A DNA stretch of 46,320 nt. It comes from Tubiluchus corallicola (Eukaryota; Animalia; Priapulida). The stretch spans positions 1-46,320 of the forward strand of contig JAQGDQ010001337.1 in the NCBI GenBank assembly GCA_030141605.1. Reading direction: 5' to 3'. Position numbers and translations under genes: made by a program. This document shows, one piece after another, positions 12,570 through 25,965 of the stretch (position 1 is the stretch's first letter; every line of letters begins with the position of its first letter). The notes below the pieces were generated by a model that was not told the origin of the DNA, did not search any database, and was given only the letters and a program-made list of their open reading frames with translations.

Positions 12570-13107
12570 AGGAAAACCGGACGGTTTTTAGACTCAATCT
12601 CATTTTAATTTACTGTCCAAAATATGCATTTTCTTGCCTATAAAAGTTAGCAGTTGTTTCTTATATTTGAATAATTTGCTTAGAAAGTTAATTAACGGCG
12701 ACCGAACACAGCTATTGCTTACGTCAGAAACTAACCACAGTTTGTGCAATGGCAGGCATCATCCCTTGCGCGTCAAGCATATTTGCATAGGTGTTACAGT
12801 ACTGCTTAAAAGCACGATGTCACGAAAAATACGCTTTACATCATACAACGTCAGAAACTAACACTGCAGTTCATTATCATGCTTATCACGGTACCGCGTT
12901 CTATTTGTCGGCCACGCGAATGTGACAAAAAGGCGCCGCTGCCAATCTTAGTAGATTCACTGAGCCGCGCACAGCTTTGAAAGTTTAACGAAATTTGAGT
13001 AATTACTATTTAATCTAAGCTTTTATATAGAAAAGCTTTTGTAGTTTTCAATTATTTAGAGCATTCTTTATTCTGTACTAACGTTTACACAATTATCCGG
13101 TTTTCCT
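12570..13107. mobile_element. Complete Kolobok-like MITE, 538 bp
   Basis: Perfect 12-bp TIR AGGAAAACCGGA / TCCGGTTTTCCT with TTAA on both sides (12566-12569, 13108-13111). Its subterminal sequence resembles the 3-copy family. Confidence 0.85.
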
Positions 13108-13433
13108 TTAACCAACAGACCCGTTGTTATCTAGGCAAGTCTTAATTCAACCCCAGACTGTACTTCGGCAACCATTACTACTGTAGTAGTTTACTTCCGC
13201 TAGAAAGAGGCGTACATTATTTTTGCGCTTCCTGCTTGCGATGTCACTCTAATAAACAGATCGTTCTCGTCTTTGCACCGATTAACAATCTATTAACAAT
13301 TAGCTTATTATTATCATTTCGGGAACAACTTAAGCAAAAACAGTAACAGAATGTCTGATCATCAATAATGTTTGTCTTTTCAAACAGTTTCAAGATTGTA
13401 CGAAACGTTTCTTGTTGCTGTTGTTTTCTAGCA

Positions 13434-14402
13434 CGATGTGAGTGGTGTGGCATAATGTGTTGTGTGAGCAATGTGAGTGGTGTGGCATAATGTGTTGTGT
13501 GAGCAATGTGAGTGGTGTCGCGTATCGTGTGGTGTGGGCGATGTGAGTGGTGTCGCGTCTCGTGTGGTGTGGGCGATGTGGGTGGTGTCACGTCTCATGT
13601 GGTGTAGGCAATGTGAGTGGTGTCGCGTCTCATGTGGTGTAGGCGATGTGAGTGGTGTCGCGTCTCGTGTGGTGTGAGTGATGTGAGTGGTGTCACGTCT
13701 CGTGTGGTGTGAGCGATGTGAGTGGTGTCGCGTATCGTGTGGTGTGGGCGATGTGAGTGGTGTTGCGTCTCGTGTGGTGTGAGCGATGTGAGTGGTGTCG
13801 CGTATCGTGTGGTGTGGGCGATGTGAGTGGTGTTGCGTCTCGTGTGGTGTGAGCGATGTGACTGGTGTCGAGTATCGTGTGGTGGGGCAATGTGAGTGGG
13901 GTCACGTATCGTGTTGTGTGAGCGATGTGAGTGGTGTCGCGTCTCATGTGGTGTGAGCGATGTGAGTGGTGTCGCGTATCGTGTTGTGTGAGCAATGCGA
14001 GTGGTGTCACGTATCGTGTGGTGTGAGCGATGTGAGTGGTGTCGAGTATCATGTGGTGTGGTGTGGGCGATGTGAATGGTGTCGCGTCTCGTGTGGTGTG
14101 AGCGATGTGAGTGGTGTCGCGTCTCGTGTGGTGTGGGCGATGCGAGTTGTGTCGCGTCTCGTGTGGTGTGAGCGATGCGAGTGGTGTCGCATCTCGTGTG
14201 GTGTAAGTGATGTGAGTGGTGTCGCGTATCGTGTGGTGTGGTGTGGGCGATGTGAGTAGTGTCGCGTCTCGTATGATGTGGTGTGGGCGATGTGAATAGT
14301 GTCGCGTCCCGTGTGGTGTGAGCGATGTGAGTGGTGTCGAGTATCGTGTGGTGTAGGCAATGTGAGTGGTGTCGCATATTGTGTGGTGTGGGCGATGTGA
14401 GG
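13434..14402. repeat. 35-bp GT- and CpG-rich minisatellite, about 27 units
   Basis: Unit gcgatgtgagtggtgtcgcgtctcgtgtggtgtga, with occasional extra gtgtg. Confidence 0.95.
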
Positions 14403-15831
14403 TGATTTTTTTTAAAAAATCTTCTAATATGGTATAGTGTGACGAATCATCTTCTAACGACAATCCACACAGAAAAAACTAAAAGAAATAAAAAAAATTA
14501 ATTTAGGACATATGTTCCGTGGGTAGTTAAGTATTTTTTAATCTTAACAGCAAGATAAATCCACAATAATTGTTACACCTTTCAAAATAAACTAAACTTG
14601 TCAAAAAGAGAAAATTGGCAAGAGAAAACCTAGGTTTAAGCATGGATTTAGATCAATGGTGTTCGGATTGATAGTGTAATCCCGAGATGGCGAGATTACT
14701 AGACGCCTTAGCACGATAGTTAATAATATTTATAAGATTTCATGCTCCACCGAAAAAAGACCCATGAAGTCCACACAGTTAGTAAACCTTCCCAGTCGTA
14801 CTGCCACAGTTTCTTTTCTTAGAAGCAGTACAGTGAGTCGGTAGGTGCAGAAGCATGAAATTTTGCTCGCTTAAGTTTTCACATATTATATTAGGTATAA
14901 TTTTATTTCGACAAAATTTCGTATGTATTACAACATTAATTATAGTGCACTGGTGACTTTATGCAAGAATAGAATTGAATTATCTAGTCTCAGGGAATGA
15001 TTAGACTGCAATAACGTCTAATTCGATAAACGAACCTTTTGATGCATGCATTCAAATGCGAATTAGCTGTATATCTAGCTGTATATTCTTGTGTACTGCT
15101 GTAAATTTAAAACTTCTTTGGTGAAATAAAACACAAGCACCAAATAATTTAATTAAGTAAATAAAACTGAAGTGTGACACCTTATTTAAGGAACGACCGT
15201 ATACCGTTTTATTCAAGTCTAGTGTAACTGAGATAATAACATAATACATTTAGTGCACATTTCATACAGAGTAAGTAATTATTCATTATGCACACTGCTA
15301 AACTAAATAATTATATTAATAATAACTTTTGAACTGTAACTTGCCACTCGCATACAAACGCATGTCACCAGTAAACATGAATTTGCATTATAATGAACAT
15401 ATGATTAACAAACCAAACGCAATACACATAGAATAACCACAAGCAGGAAATGAAATGCTTACCTGTCATGAAATCACGAAATTACCGGAAAACCTAGGAA
15501 AATTAAGCAAGTGTGGAACAACTAACAATTCGGTTGCTTCAAAGACTTCAATGAATAGCAACGCTTCTATGGCATGAAATTTTGCCAATACAGCAAAATC
15601 TATCAAGAAATTATTATGCAATTAATTAATGTGGAACAATAGTTCGGCATTGTGAGTTGCAACCGCCGCTGCCACGCAATCGTGAGTACCAGTCATTCAA
15701 ACATTCACGATAACTAAAGCTCTCAACATGGATACTCTCACTATGGATCAAGCTTAATCAAGTTATCTTAATTTTACATACTATTAACAAATAACTCTTT
15801 CTATCTTTTATATCATCCCATATATGAGCTT

Positions 15832-16115
15832 CATTTATTACATCATTCCATTTTAAGCACTAACGTTTTTTTAACAGACGATTCACTTTAAATTTTCAGA
15901 TTATTTTCATTACTTTTTTTCTATCACTGTTAGGGACAATCTAACAAGCCCTGCTTTTTGATTGCCCGAAACACATTTACCTTCGTATATAGGTGAACAG
16001 TGTGTGAGGCTTTTCCTGTGCAGTATTTCTTATTTGTATTATGTTCATTGTAGGCCCTTTCACTAGATATTGTACATGAAACTATTGTAAATGTGTAATG
16101 TGAAATAAATGACTT
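15832..16115 (+). mobile_element. Dispersed retroposon 3' end (family W, copy 1 of 3)
   Basis: Reverse complement of 25682-25965 and partly of 45483-45561. Has a stem-loop (gggacaatc...gattgccc) and a terminal aataaatga. Confidence 0.7.
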
Positions 16116-18077
16116 ATACTCTGGTCCTTGGCAGTGCACTTCATTTTAATGATATTTTGCCTCAGACTTTCCAGATGGCAGCACCTGCTTTTTGCTTATG
16201 CACGATTCTGAACATTCTGTTTCGAAAATTTGGTATGTTAGTGTTAGTGTAAGTGTGCCATGTAACTTAGGTAGTTTAATTACAAAATTTTAACGTTTTA
16301 ACCTCAACAAATTTGTTAGTCCCCAGTTGTTTTGATTTGGTTGCTTGAAAAAGTATAGAGGGGAGATCGTAAGTAACCGTGTTATGGTGAGGTCTCTTAC
16401 ACTTCACAAACAAGTAGCTTGGCACGTTTTGTTGGACCAAAATGTGGTATTAAAAATAGCAAAATAATAGCAATATGAGGCATTATAAGACGACAACCAA
16501 AAGATAAGCCTGATGAACAAAGTTTGACAGAGATAAACGATTTAATTGTCGCTGAACTAAACGACTACACAGTTTTGCACACGGAACAAAAATCCGAGTA
16601 ACAAACATTCAGCTAATGTTCGTAAGGCAACAAGGTTCAAATCAATTTTTAAGAAGCGTCTGAATAAGCATTGCCAACAAAACCTTGTCAAGTTCGTTCA
16701 TCCCATGCTAGCACAATGGGAACAAATGTCCCAGTGATCTTCCTGAATCTGTGCAGATTCTGCAGTTGTGCCTCAAACTTCACACACAATGAAATGGACC
16801 TTGAGGGGTTAAACTAGCTTCTGCTTGTTTTAGGTTTAGAATTTGTTTTGGACAGACCTCACACAAATGCATTGCACTAGAAGATATGCCGTAGTACCAG
16901 TTGTCGGAACACACCAGACACGCACTACACCTCAGTATATGACTATTTACTGGGAGAGAAATTGAATGAATTACTGTACACCCAGTGCAAGTGCCAAAAA
17001 ATAAATGTACTTTGTGAGGGGCAGATAATGCAATACATATGGTTATGTACAGTGAAATACGATGCTCGACTTTGTTATCAAGCCAAATCCAAAAATAATT
17101 CCTACATAAATCCTACATAAATGGGAAATAATGTTTTAGCTTTGACAATCAATTTGCGATAATCAGATGATATAAAATTTTTAATCTATTTACGTTTCTA
17201 CCAACATTTTGAGCTACCACTAATCTTTGGAATTATCATCTAACTACGACCATAGGATCATCTAGTCTCCTGCCCTTTCTTATAAATAGATTAGTATATT
17301 AAAAATTAGTGGGATGCTGCAGATAACAAAAACAAAAACAGATAAGAAAAAAATAATAATAAAAACAGTATAAATGATAAAAATTATCCAAAAAGAACTG
17401 TAAGCAAAAAATAATAAAGTTAGATGCCTAAATCTAAACAAAAGAATACAATTATTCAGTAATTAGGATTATTATATGTAGTAGTTTCAAATGGGGTCTT
17501 ATTAACAGGGGAATTTGACCAAGGTTAGTGAGTAAAATTAAAAACTGAGGGTATGGAAAGAAAAAAATAAGCATAAAAAAAGTGTAATATAGAAAAATTT
17601 ATCAGAAAAAGTAAGTATGATTATTTTATACCTCTAATCCCTACGCTGCTTAGTGCGGCACTACCTAGCTGACGTAGATAACTCATTAATAGAGCATGCA
17701 ATTAAGTAATTAAGAAGTCTGGCAGATAAAAAGTCGGTCAAATGCTTTGTGGGGAAGATACTCGCTACTCACAGCTCGTGTGTTCTGGCTCTCAGGGTAT
17801 AATAAATGAATGCTTGTTGTTAACATAGCAGTTCAGTTAGTTAAAATGCACCAATGGCTGTTTTTATTTGTGAATATAAATGATTTCAGTTTCTTCACTG
17901 CCGATGTATCTTAACAATTGAGCGCCGCAGTACCTGATGGGTATAAGAAAAGTACCCGGGTCTCATTTTTGCTACCCGTGTAAACACTAGAAAATAATAA
18001 GAAGTAAAATAGAAACTTTGAGTGAGCATGCATCACCAGTGCAGCTCCATGTGAACGGAATAATTTTGCCTTTTAAT

Positions 18078-18170
18078 TATTCATATTCATATATTCATGT
18101 TCATATTCATATATTCATATTCGTATATTCATATATTCATATTCATATTATTCATGTATAATTCATATTC
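18078..18170. repeat. (ATATTC)n microsatellite
   Basis: Read directly. Confidence 0.9.
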
Positions 18171-19772
18171 CATCACTAAAAATTCTTTCAAAATTCATTA
18201 AAATCTGTTACACCTGCTGTTAATTGAATTGAAATAGCTCTAAAAACTACTGATGCACTTATGTTTGAAACATCCAATAAAGAAAATTGTCAAGCCACGA
18301 CAATTTGAATGATTTCTCAATTATTTGATTATGACTTTGGTTAAATTACCATTAATGCCCCATTTAAACGGTCATAAAGAATAGAAGTGAGTAAAAGATT
18401 CGCATTTGCATTCGCTAGATTGTAAAAAGTACAAAAAACCGAAATAACAGCCACTGAAAACAGTTAGACATGCATAGGTTACCATGGTAGCGATGGTACA
18501 GCACAGTTTTGGCCAACAAAATGCGGATAGCCATGAATACGGATTATCCATATTTGGCAAATAGATGTAACTACATCAAAACGAATTTACTGCTGACCGG
18601 TTGTGAACAAACTGCAAATTTACAGGATTTAGAAACAACATCGAAATACAATTCAGTAGTTAGGTAGCCAAAAGATATATGATATAACATTATATGGATA
18701 ATTTAACAATTTCCCTTACAGATTACGTATCTTGATAGGTATAAAACTATGCTATACTCCACAAACAAAAAAACTTCTGATAACGAAATGTTGCTGATAC
18801 ATCTTGGTCTGTATCAATGCTCCGAAGTTACTTAATTCCTTCTAGTGCCTCTTGTAATTACAGTTGCATCTAAGCTTTAACTCGCAGTATGTAAGGTTCT
18901 TTAAGTCTCGGGTACATCATTTTTCATTGCACCTTTTTTAAATGGCAGTTACTTGTTTTTTCCAAGATTTGTGTTTCTAACGCGGGTCATGGACATTCTA
19001 AATGTAAGTTCTGATTTGAAGATAACTATAGCGGGTGCAGCAGAAAAAATGCGCCAAAGTTTAGACTTTATAATGTTAGAAGCACGTGTCTAACAAAGTT
19101 GAAATTTCACAGTATGGTATTACAAACACTTCAGCTTTCGGCTGCGAAATTTACAACTTTACGGCTTTAGTCATTTTTAAATTATGTCCAGAAAGCTTTT
19201 GCGTGTTCAAAAAACACTAAAAAAATTAACTACTAGTTTAGAACCACGTCTGCCTCACAGAAAACAAAAAACTCATAAAGATTTGTCAAGAAAAGTGGAC
19301 TAAAACTGCACACAGAATCCTTTGATGTAGAGAAACTAAAGTCGAAATTTTTTTATTGCTGGGATCAGAGAAGTGAGAAGCTATCGGCTTCTCTTCTAGG
19401 TTGCTTTGAAAATGTTGGAATGTAGAGCACTTACCGTAAATTTTAACAACAGTGGCATACAACAATTTTTTTCCTCGTGATTTAATACTTCTGTATTTTT
19501 GGAAAAATCCAACGGAATGACGTAAAACTTTTGATGTTTGTACAACATGCAACATCTTTGTGACAACTTTCAAGAATTTCCATTATTTTCTTCTTATCTC
19601 AGTGCTTTAAACACTTCAATTATATTTCACAACAGTGAAATGTTAATGTAAAATGCTAGTCACAGAGATATACTTTATTTGTTGGCATTCTTTTCTAATT
19701 GTAGTCACTCGTTATCACAACAAAATTTCACTGGTCTTTTTCTCTGATGTATCTATCCTGGTTGTTCTTTAA

Positions 19773-20232
19773 CCCTTTCAGTCCCAAATCATTTTTGTAA
19801 TAAGAAAAAAATTTTTGGCTCGGTACTTTTGTTCAGTATGTCCATCTTGTTTACACATAATAATTATTTTTTTCTACCTGTGCCCGCGTGCTAAATATAG
19901 CCTGTATCCCACGGGATACATTGGGATTCAATGGAAGCATAAAATGTGCTTCATTTTGCAACTGTTGATAATTTTTTAAAGTACTTAAGACATTTAGTAT
20001 GCACGCTATGCTGATCTGTACAAAGTCGTCTCTAAAGTACTGTACCTTGCGCAGTTTTTTATGCTACGTAGATTTTCTAGTTTGCCATTTTATCACCATT
20101 TTTAGTCTATTGTTATTGGCTTAAATGAAAATAACTATTAACAGATCAAATAACTGTCAGTTTTAAAATTTTATTAATTTTAAAGGCAGAAAATATTCTC
20201 GTATCCCACGGGATACAACGGGTATGAAAGGG
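19773..20232. mobile_element. piggyBac-like MITE, 460 bp
   Basis: TTAA|CCCTTTCA ... TGAAAGGG|TTAA. The internal near-palindrome gtatcccacgggatac occurs twice. Confidence 0.75.
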
Positions 20233-20384
20233 TTAAAGCTGCATTCGTTCTAATAACATCTGATTAGAGACATTAACGTGAAAATTTGTAAAAATAGTTT
20301 AGGCCGGCCACACAAAACATTTGTTTTTGTCTTACCTCATGATCGCAAAAGATGTCAGTAGGGAGGGAAGAAGAAAAATTTTTA

Positions 20385-20495
20385 AATCATGGAATATTTA
20401 AAATCAGTTGAAATCAAAGTTTGTTTATTTCAAAATAAACAAATAAATAAAATAAACAAATTTTCATTTCAACTGATTTTAAATATTCCGTGATT
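20385..20495. repeat. 46-bp inverted repeat with a 19-nt spacer
   Basis: Arms 20385-20430 and 20450-20495 are complementary at 43 of 46 positions. Confidence 0.9.
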
Positions 20496-20840
20496 CAGCT
20501 TTAACCATTCATAAAGCTTTAAAAAATTTTCTTTGTTTTTTTTAGTTTCGCATTACTAAATTATCATATAATTACCAATTATTGATTAGTCTCTTTTTTG
20601 TATCATGAACGTATTAATCATGGTATAAGCGAAAACACTACTCGTCCGTTAATACACTGATTTGACAGAAAATTCGATACTTTTTAGCCTCCAACACAAT
20701 GAGCATCATACAAAACGGCAACTCTGGTAGAGAGTTAGCCGTGGAAAATTATAGCTGCGTCCTACATTCCCCAAAAGAACAATGTTATAATAATCATTGC
20801 GTTTTAAATTGAAAAATACGCTTTCGTATGACTGCGTCAA

Positions 20841-20999
20841 GTAAGTATGTGAACGTACAAAGAAATTATAAAATTCCCGGCCGGTTGTGCGATGAAAAAA
20901 TATTGCCCCGGGCGAATAGACGGAAACAGAAGTATTTTTATTGTCGGCCTTACCTGTATTTATTATACATAAAGTTTTATATTAATTGCATTTTTTCAG
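20841..20999 (+). other. Candidate 5' UTR intron of EHBP1
   Basis: Donor caa|gtaagt at 20841 and acceptor ttttttcag|g at 20999, 147 nt before the ATG. Confidence 0.5.
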
Positions 21000-21146
21000 G
21001 TGTTTACTTTAAGCAAACACTAAAGACACAGGAAACTACCTTCACATTTTGTAGCTTCACCAAAGTAGCAGAGAAACAAAGATGAATTACATTTTTTGAT
21101 GACGTGTCTAAGCTAAGAAATTTGTGTTTGTACGCAGACAGACACG

Positions 21147-23777
21147 ATGTCAGTTTGGAAACGTCTTCAGAGGGTTGGAAAGCGAGCAGCAAAGTTCCAA
21201 TTTACTGTTTCCTATCAGGAGTTGGTTATTGAGTGTACGAAAAAATGGCAGCCAAACAAGGTAGCCGTCGTATGGAGCCGCCGAAGTCGGAGAAACACAT
21301 CCGAAGTTCGCAAATGGGAGCCAACCATCAAAAATCCTTGGCGAGGAACGGTAGTCTGGCCCGTGCCGGAAAATGTCGAAATAACCGTGACACTTTTCAG
21401 AGACCCCCGAACAGATGAATTCGAAGATAAAGATTGGCTGTTCATAATAGAAGATGTTGCAAATAATGGTAAAAGGCGGCAGTTAGCTACGTGCTCCATA
21501 AACATGAAGAAGTACGCTACAATGATACCTACTCAAACTGACATTAATTTAACTTTCAAATGCTTAAGTAAGAAGGTCATACATTGCTCATTGCGGGCTA
21601 CGATGTCGTGCACATTTCTTCGTGAAGGCAAGGCCACCGACGAAGACATGCAAAGCATTGCTAGTTTAATGAGCATCAGCAGAGACACTGATATAGGTAA
21701 CTTGGATGACTTTGATGAAACTCTTGAGCAGGAGATGGAAGCTGCGCTTGGTGACATTGAAGAGACGGATGACACGTCGACTCAGCTTAGCGAATTAACG
21801 AGCGAGATTGACCAGTGGGGAGGCACTTTCCGAAGTAGCTTCACTAATCAAACTAGTCCAGAAAATGAAAGTGTTGTAGGTCTAATAAATAAATCACAAC
21901 AGTCTTTGCGTAGTGAAATAGATTTTCATCAAAACAGCGGTAATGACAATAAAATGTCCGAACAAATTCCGGACTCTAAACTATCTAATACTAATTCAGC
22001 ACCGAGCATGGACTTGCTAGAATGGTGCAAACAAACGACTAATGGATACGCTGGTGTAAAGGTTACAAACATGACCACCAGTTGGCGTAATGGTCTCGCA
22101 TTTTGTGCTATCATACATCACTTTCATCCAGAATTGATTGATTATGCGTCGCTCAAGCCTCACGAGATTAAAGAGAACAACAAAAAAGCATTTGATGGAG
22201 CAGAATCGTTGGGCATCCCGCGTGTTATCGAACCAGCTGACATGGTTATATTAGCCGTTCCCGACAAACTGGCCGTGATGACATATCTATACCAACTGCG
22301 CACTCATTTTACAGGACAGGGTCTGCAAGTGAAGCAGATTGGAAGAAAAGCTACAGATAGCCAGTATTCTATCAGACAGCACCTTGACACCGTAGCGGAG
22401 GAGAAGGCACAGGAGAAGATCCGCTCTCGTACTCACTCTTCTTCCAGCAACCGCAGCGGATCGAGCAGCGGATCTCGTGATTCACCTCTTAGAGAAGTTA
22501 AGGGCTGGCTTAAGAAGGTTAAGGACAGACCCTCTAGGGAAAGGTCGTCAAAGTCTCCATCACCTTCTTCGGGTGATTCCTCAACGAACGTTGACAGCAC
22601 GTTGAATCAGTCTGATCTCCAGAGACCAGCATCGCTGCCAGTTCAATCCGGTGTGCCAGGCCTTACAGCGAAGCCGCTCACTGCAGGCAAAGATGCTGCT
22701 GATAAGAAGGTGCTCATGACTCGTAAGCAGCTGATGAATCCGTTTGATTCCGACTCGGACGATGAGCAACGTCCTGCCCATTCCGGAGCGCCGGAAGTAA
22801 AACATGTGCATCCTGTGAAAATTGATGCCGAATGGCGCAGCAGTCAGAGATCAATAAGTGACAGCGACGAAAAAGAATCGCCTTCTCCGGACGGGCTTCA
22901 GAGGAATCAGCTTCCGCAGAAATCCAGGCAAGATGAGCTGAAACTGAGGGCACGTCAGCTACTCGAGCAAGCCAAGCGCGATGCTGGAATAGTTGGTAAT
23001 GAAAGCCCGGTTAATTCTCCGCAGAGCAGTGATTCAGATAAAGATAGTGAAAGACAAAAGGAGTTGCGAGAAAGAGCTCGTAAGCTCATTGCAGAGGCCC
23101 GTCAGGGTATAGGCAAGCCGGAGTCGCCCATAAATAGTACAAGTAATGGGAATTTTCCGGATGGTTCTTGCGTTGATGTTGTTAGAAGTGAATCTCCAAT
23201 TAAAAAACTGACACTAAAAACAGCAAACATGACTTTTAATCAAATTTCACCAGAACCGCAAGATACGATTAGCCCAGAATCGCCAGACGATTTGCTAGAT
23301 GCAAGTCAGTATGTCAGTGGCGAACGACAAGCGCTTGAAGGGGAGATGGTACAGATCGATCAACAAGCTACCGTACTGGAGAGGAAACTACGCGGTGTCA
23401 TGGGACAAAACAGGTCGGAAGAAGAACGATTATTACAAGAGTGGTTCCTTTTAGTTAACAAAAAGAACGCGTTGATTCGTCGGCAGGATCAGCTTGACGT
23501 CTTGGAGAAAGAGCACGATTTGGAACGCAGATATGAGCTGCTAAACAGAGAACTTAGGCAAATGATGTCAATTGAGGATTGGCAGAAGACCGAGGATGAC
23601 AAAAAGAGAGAAGAGCTACTGTTAAACGAACTTGTACAGCTTGTCAACGAAAGAGATCAACTTGTGCAGACGCTGGATAGCCAAGAGAGAGCCATCGAAT
23701 CTGACGAGGTGATCGAGCGAGAAATGAATAGGAAAGGTGTTCAGCTGAAAGATGACAAAAACTGCTGCATCCAGTAA
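21147..23777 (+). CDS. EHBP1: EH domain-binding protein 1 (NT-C2, CH, NPF, bMERB, CAAX), single coding exon
   Basis: N-terminus [19 protein letters not shown] (NT-C2); CH domain LLEWCK...[19 protein letters not shown]...[10 protein letters not shown]; NPF motif in MNPFDSD; bMERB motif [19 protein letters not shown]; C-terminal CCIQ prenylation box. Confidence 0.97.
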   Translation: MSVWKRLQRVGKRAAKFQFTVSYQELVIECTKKWQPNKVAVVWSRRSRRNTSEVRKWEPTIKNPWRGTVVWPVPENVEITVTLFRDPRTDEFEDKDWLFIIEDVANNGKRRQLATCSINMKKYATMIPTQTDINLTFKCLSKKVIHCSLRATMSCTFLREGKATDEDMQSIASLMSISRDTDIGNLDDFDETLEQEMEAALGDIEETDDTSTQLSELTSEIDQWGGTFRSSFTNQTSPENESVVGLINKSQQSLRSEIDFHQNSGNDNKMSEQIPDSKLSNTNSAPSMDLLEWCKQTTNGYAGVKVTNMTTSWRNGLAFCAIIHHFHPELIDYASLKPHEIKENNKKAFDGAESLGIPRVIEPADMVILAVPDKLAVMTYLYQLRTHFTGQGLQVKQIGRKATDSQYSIRQHLDTVAEEKAQEKIRSRTHSSSSNRSGSSSGSRDSPLREVKGWLKKVKDRPSRERSSKSPSPSSGDSSTNVDSTLNQSDLQRPASLPVQSGVPGLTAKPLTAGKDAADKKVLMTRKQLMNPFDSDSDDEQRPAHSGAPEVKHVHPVKIDAEWRSSQRSISDSDEKESPSPDGLQRNQLPQKSRQDELKLRARQLLEQAKRDAGIVGNESPVNSPQSSDSDKDSERQKELRERARKLIAEARQGIGKPESPINSTSNGNFPDGSCVDVVRSESPIKKLTLKTANMTFNQISPEPQDTISPESPDDLLDASQYVSGERQALEGEMVQIDQQATVLERKLRGVMGQNRSEEERLLQEWFLLVNKKNALIRRQDQLDVLEKEHDLERRYELLNRELRQMMSIEDWQKTEDDKKREELLLNELVQLVNERDQLVQTLDSQERAIESDEVIEREMNRKGVQLKDDKNCCIQ

Positions 23778-24024
23778 GCGCATAATATTTATTAGAATGA
23801 TGCTGAGATACATCTAGTCAACATATACATGTATGTTAATGTTAAATATTGTATTTTTCTTTTATGTGCATTCTTGCTTCACTGGCAATGAAAGCTGCAT
23901 TCAAGCTGTTCTGCACACTTTTTAAGTTACCCAAAAGGCAGCAAGGGAAAGGTCTTGTTTCTCTTGCACCTATGTTACCTCTTTCGTCTTTGTCTTAATT
24001 AAGACAGTTGTAATGCTTAGTTAA

Positions 24025-24612
24025 GGGAAGACAGGATGATTTTTCATAAATTACCCCACTTTCAAGGCCCGACAAAAAGTATACATTTTAACACAGTTAA
24101 TACTGCAAAAGCGTTTCTGATAATTAAATTATTGATTAAGAACTTAATTAACGGCAGGCGAGGCCTATTGATGACATCACAAACTAACATAATTTTCAAC
24201 AGCAAAAATATTCCATGAGTGTGTTGCATGTGTTTGCGAAGGCAAAAATTGAAGTACCGTGCTACTGTAAGAGATTCAGTGTGTTGTACTAAAACTAAGA
24301 TAAGATAAAAATTTAAATTTCAAATTTACTGCTGTGCTCACCCATGAGCTGTAGAACGTGTGCAGTTCATCAGAAATTAACACATCTGAACTGAGAGGTA
24401 CAGGATCTGTTTTTGTGCAATGCATGCACTAGTGCCCATCTAACTAGCGAAAGGTGAAATGCATGTAACAGCGAACAACTAGTAGCGCGAACGCGAAATT
24501 GTGTTTGTGTGGTAATAATTCTTTCACGCAAGTCATTTTTGAAAAAAAATGTGTGTTTTTAAACAGCAGATTTTTTTGACGTACAGCTTAAGATTGGGTC
24601 GGGTTTTGCTCT
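24025..24612 (+). mobile_element. Kolobok-like terminal fragment (copy 2 of 3)
   Basis: TTAA|GGGAAGACAGGATGATTTTTCAT; colinear with the other two copies. Confidence 0.65.
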
Positions 24613-24922
24613 TAATTTGGTTAAGCCTTGTAGGTGTAGATTTTTCTTATGCAAAAAAGTCGAACATAACACCGACACTCCTTTTTTTACTTCACTAAAA
24701 TAATTTAATGAAGGTAGCATATACTGATAAAATTTCTTGTGATGGTTATAATATTACAATGATTGATTATCTGTAGACATGTGGCTTTTGCATTTAGGAC
24801 TCTGCCCAAGTTCCTTCACTATACTTAAGAAATCTGATTTTGACCATGCAGTGTTAATGTGATTTAATGCACATAGTACATGTAATTTATTGCATTAAGA
24901 ATTGGCAAAAATAGGTTCTTAA

Positions 24923-25466
24923 CCCTTTCACTACAGAAGGCGGCACTCTGCCGCCCAAAGCTCAGTACTAAGCGCAGTCACCCAGGTCTGTTTCACTGCT
25001 ATAGCCATGCAAAAACATTGTAGAAAAGTTTAGCGGCCGTGGGATTGTGGTTGTTTTGCGACAAGTAACGCTAACCGACCAATCAGCATCTGAAGCCTGG
25101 TACATTCCATAATAGTGTACTGTATAGTACGTTCCCACGCAAAAAATTGCTTGTTGATAGTTGGTGAGACGTATGTTTAGTCACTTGTTCTGCATTCTTA
25201 TAAAATAATTGCGTATTACGTATTAGTAATATGACTTTTGTGAAAATTGGCTTCTAAATATCAGCATGTGCTTATTTGTGTGGGTGTGTGCATAAGTGCA
25301 TGTATGTGTGCGCGTGTGTATAAATAAAACTAATATTCAATATTGGTGTTTAATAGCTATTTGTTTATGTACATGATTCTGTTTTAGTAACACACCACAA
25401 TAAGTTATTGTTAAATGTACAAAAGCCAATGCGGACGTGTTAAAAAGCAACTACGTAGTGAAAGGG
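24923..25466. mobile_element. piggyBac-like MITE, 544 bp
   Basis: Perfect 12-bp TIR CCCTTTCACTAC / GTAGTGAAAGGG flanked by TTAA on both sides. Confidence 0.85.
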
Positions 25467-25681
25467 TTAAGCAATCTAACACCAACAACGTATAAAATGC
25501 CAACATGCTTAACCATTATAATCACAAAGATTTAGCGTCCAATTAGATCATAGTTCATCTTCAGTTACGACTTTGCCTAAAAAAATTTGCCTATCCACGA
25601 TGATCGTAAATGTGAAAGGCAATGTAAAGAACAGCACTTTGTTGTTTTTTACACATAGCACGTGTTAATGCTATAAGTCAG

Positions 25682-25965
25682 AAGTCATTTATTTCACCTT
25701 ACACATTTACAATGGTTACATATACAATATCTAGTGAAAGGGCCTGCAATGGATATAATACAAATAAGAAATACTGCACAGGAAAAGCCTCAAACACTGT
25801 TCACTTATACACGAAGGTAAATGTGTTGCGGGCAATCAAAAAGCAGGGCTTGTTAGATTGTCCCACACAGTGAAAGAAAAAAGGAATGGAAACAATCTGA
25901 AAATTTAAAGTCAATCGTATGATAAAAAAAATTAGTGCTTAAAATGGAATGATGTAATGAATAAT
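25682..25965 (-). mobile_element. Dispersed retroposon 3' end (family W, copy 2 of 3)
   Basis: Reverse complement of 15832-16115. Confidence 0.7.

Noticed and set aside
13244-14463. His/Thr-rich ORFs resembling metal-binding proteins
   Set aside because: The 35-bp unit cycles through all frames, so several frames give the same peptide; no coding signature.
16500-17290. Additional LINE 3' remnants (FKKRLNKH; CR1-like ggagactagatgatcc)
   Set aside because: Too short and degraded to delimit or classify by eye.
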